A DNA stretch of 61,992 nt, the filler included, from Dirinaria sp. TL-2023a (Eukaryota), in NCBI GenBank assembly GCA_051941275.1. It is 8 parts of 8 records of this genome, joined end to end, with 100 filler letters (N's around TTAATTAATTAA, not from the genome) between each part and the next. Parts side by side here need not be neighbours in the genome. Positions count along the whole stretch, not along the records: positions 54,363 to 61,992 come from JAVEBF010001289.1; 7 more parts are not named here. The stretch is one strand, 5' to 3'. This document shows positions 58,971 to 61,992 of this stretch, in pieces. Each line of letters starts with the position of its first letter. Position 1 is the stretch's first letter. The translations under genes and the position numbers were made by a program. Below the pieces are notes generated by a model. It saw only the letters and a list, made by a program, of their open reading frames with translations, searched no databases and was not told the DNA's origin.

Positions 58971-59056
58971 TTCTTATGATGACTCGTCTTCTAAACGATA
59001 ACTTCTGATTTCCATGAAGTATACAACTCAAATTCAAGCTCAACAGTCTGATTATT
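58971..59056 (+). ncRNA. Box C/D snoRNA with two rRNA antisense guides, intronic
   Basis: Box C ATGATGA 58976-58982; guide TAAACGATAACT 58992-59003 + D' CTGA 59005-59008; C'-like ATGAAGT 59014-59020; guide TCAAGCTCAACAG 59034-59046 + D CTGA 59048-59051. The guides complement 18S AGUUAUCGUUUA and 25S CUGUUGAGCUUGA. Confidence 0.9.
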
Positions 59057-59217
59057 ATCATCTATCTCTTCTGCGAATATCCTTGTACTACATGTCTACA
59101 TTTGTACTAATAAAGTCAGTAGTGGGATACTCGTCGTTTGGCAGAGTGTGTATGAGTCCTGCTCCACGTATGTAGAATCGGACTCAATGATTCGCAACAA
59201 CGCGGGAATAGAACGAG

Positions 59218-60076
59218 ATGGATGATCCAACCCGACCGTCAAGCGGATCGAAGACCCCTATTTCCACTTGTGATACAATCTATCTCCGTAACCTTCGCCT
59301 TTCCGCCAACGTCGAGCCGGATGCTTGGGGTCGCCGCGGAAAGAGCCAGCCGATCATTATCAATTTGCAGTTGCATTTGGACACAACGTGGTCTGGCATC
59401 TCGGATGACCTTCAACATTCGTTTAGCTATGGCCAAATGTGTAAAGATCTGATCTTCCACATCGACGCTGGGAATTTTGATTTTAATAGCTTGGGGGATC
59501 AGTTATTCCAAATTGCATCACGCTGGCCTGGAGAGTCAGTAGACTGCAAGCTTACGCTGCCAAAAGCGCTACTTCTGGTTGAAGAAGGCCTTAGCCTTCA
59601 ATTTCAGATTGTCAAGCGCGCTGAAGACATTTGGAAGTTCTCCAAAGTTGAATGGCACATCAAGGGTTTAGAGCCAGCATGTATAATTGGAGTCAATGCA
59701 CATGAGAGGCTGGAAAAACAGACGGTCAACGTTGAATTGCATTTCTCCGAAGAAGAAGAGCAGAACCCGTTCAAGTCACAACAAATTGACCCTTGGCGCT
59801 GGCGAAGTCTGGTCACGGAAGTGAACAAGGTTCATCAACAACAGATCAACCTTCTGCGGAAACCCTGCTGACAGAGCAAATCTCCAGGTTATTGAAGATT
59901 CTGCCTTTGAAACGTTAGAGGCTCTGGCTGCTTTGATTGCCAAGTCCTCTTTGATCAATATGCCTCTGTCCAGGGTCGAAGTAATGGTGGAGAAGCCTAG
60001 TGCATTACCTCACGTCGAGGCATCAGGCGTGAGGATCAGTCGGGATAGAAGATACTTCAGCCTTGGAAATCCGTGA
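59218..60076 (+). CDS. Stand-alone tandem-domain dihydroneopterin aldolase (two FolB-like domains)
   Basis: DTIYLRNL..PDAWGR.GKSQP, FSYG and CIIGVNAHERLEKQ; intron 59830-59887; FETLEALA..VEKPSA. Confidence 0.88.
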
Positions 60077-60570
60077 AGACCAAGCATTCGGAGCTCAATG
60101 TAAGAGTACATTATGGTAGTATGTTAGCCAAATAAAATTAATCTGGCCAAAGGTACGGAGTACTCGTACCCGTTCACGTCCAGGCGACTTAGTCAACGAG
60201 GAGCGTCTCAATCTCGATGTGTATTGAATATTCGATATCGTATAATTTGCCATCTCCTATCAGCTCGCTCTGAGAATCGGTGTACAAGTTATGAGTAGGT
60301 CCGAAGGGCCTGATATGTCATCTTACCACCAATCAAACAAACTCCGAGCTTACTAATTCGAGCAGAGGGACCTTGGCAGCTTAGTCAGGTGGTCGTCATT
60401 GCGTCCCGCAATCCGTTTGGTGGGGGTTGAAAAACCGCATGACAACCTAAGTCCGGCACTCAACGCTTTTCTTTTTCAACGATTGAGCGCTTCGAAGCAT
60501 ATTTAAGCCTCTTTCCTCCTAGAATTATCACTTCTCCAATCTTGATCTGTACTCTTACCAGACACTTACC

Positions 60571-61747
60571 ATGTCGAGTGCTCTAGATCAGCTAAAGGCC
60601 ACCGGCACCACCGTCGTCTGCGACTCTGGCGACTTCGCAACCATTGGAAAATACAAGCCCCAAGATGCCACAACGAATCCGTCTCTGATTCTTGCTGCAT
60701 CAAAGAAAGAAGAGTATGCCAAATTAATGGACGTTGCTGTTGCCTATGGCAAGGACCATGTAAGTCCGCCATGGCTGACTAGAGAGCAAACTCTTTCCAA
60801 GCAATCGGCATTGCATGGGTAGCGTGGGATAAAATACTGATTCATGTTGCAGGGCAAAGATATTGATGAGAAGGTCGATGCCACTCTCGATCGACTGCTA
60901 GTCGAATTTGGAAAAGAGATCCTGAAGATCGTCCCGGGCAGAGTCTCGACAGAAGTTGATGCCCGTTTCTCGTTTGATGTGCAAGGCTCCATTAATAAAG
61001 CTCTCCATATCATCGATGTAAGCTGCACAATGGTCCGCCATCATCACCGGATACTAATTTCCCCCAGCTTTACAAAGACCAGGGCATTGACAAGAGCCGG
61101 ATCCTCATCAAACTCGCTTCGACATGGGAGGGAATCAAAGCAGCTCATGAGCTGCAGAGCAAGCATAGCGTCAATTGCAATCTTACCTTGATGTTCTCCC
61201 TCCCACAAGCAATCGCTGCTGCCGAAGCCGGAGCCTTCCTTATCTCTCCATTCGTTGGCCGCATTCTAGATTGGTACAAAGCCGCAATGAAGAAAGATTT
61301 CGCCCCAGCCGAGGATCCGGGTGTCAAGAGCGTGCAAGACATCTTCAATTACTACAAGAAGTATGGCTACAAGACAATAGTGATGGGAGCCAGCTTTAGG
61401 AACGTTGGAGAAATCACGGAGCTGGCTGGCTGCGACTATCTTACTATTTCGGTCAGTCAATCTCATTGGCTTTGAAAGGCTTTAGACTAATAAATGATCT
61501 TTCGCAGCCAAACCTTTTGGAAGACCTCTATAACTCGCAAGACAAGGTCCCCCAAAAGCTGATCGCGAGCGACGCTAGCAGCCTCAACATCCCAAAGCGC
61601 TCCTACATCAGCGACGAATCGAAGTTCCGTTTCGACTTCAATGAGGAACAAATGGCGGTTGAAAAGCTTCGGGAGGGTATCTCGAAATTCGCAGCTGACG
61701 CCATTACCCTGAAGGGCATCCTGCAAAAGAAGATTGAGAGCGCTTGA
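60571..61747 (+). CDS. TAL1: Transaldolase (4 exons)
   Basis: [48 protein letters not shown] and VMGASFRN; introns at ~60760-60852, 61018-61067 and 61452-61507. Confidence 0.98.
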
Positions 61748-61992
61748 TTCGGGGATCTGGACAGCTGTGACGAGTGATGTTTGTGAATAAATTGGAACAT
61801 GCCTTACCATTAGATCAAAGAAATCGTTTACTGCAGATGCAATGGTCCGTTAATGTCGGTCCCAGCTTCAAACCCATTGAATTACCCTCATCACCTGATA
61901 ACGCTATCATGTTCTATACTAGTTCCAACTCGTTCATGGTTTTATCTCGGCCCACCTTCCATCCTCATTAAGGCCACTCCCCCACCTCTTCC

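Noticed and set aside
1..61992. tRNA/rRNA genes and intact transposons
   Set aside because: GTTCGA-like hits lack a cloverleaf context; no RT, integrase or transposase motifs in the ORFs.

Overview
Eukaryotic (filamentous ascomycete) DNA with GT-AG introns and CTRAY branch points. The expanded orphan secreted-protein families suggest a lichen-forming Lecanoromycete, but that is an inference. The window is not one locus. It is eight unrelated contigs (7682, 7672, 7671, 7667, 7662, 7656, 7652 and 7630 bp, in descending length) joined by artificial 100-nt N44-TTAATTAATTAA-N44 linkers, so gene neighbourhoods only mean something within a contig. Recognisable genes: a GT71 (MNN2-like) mannosyltransferase, an SDR, a membrane-anchored aspartic protease-like protein, an AusD/Trt5-like methyltransferase, END3, a STYX-like dual-specificity phosphatase, a HUL5/UBE3C-like HECT ligase, MRPL27, UTP14, a DUF3431 protein, TVP18, NTF2, a stand-alone tandem dihydroneopterin aldolase and TAL1. 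There are also two mucin-like wall proteins and four orphan secreted proteins. Best non-obvious signals: (1) an intron-embedded dual-guide box C/D snoRNA at about 58971-59056, with guides to 18S and 25S rRNA; (2) a cluster of effector-like secreted orphans beside decayed DNA; (3) a receptor-like aspartic pseudo-protease with a periodic ELxx cytoplasmic tail; (4) a bacterial-type aldehyde dehydrogenase fragment joined in frame to the end of UTP14, probably an assembly chimera. I see no prokaryotic-type system such as CRISPR, an operon or a phage.
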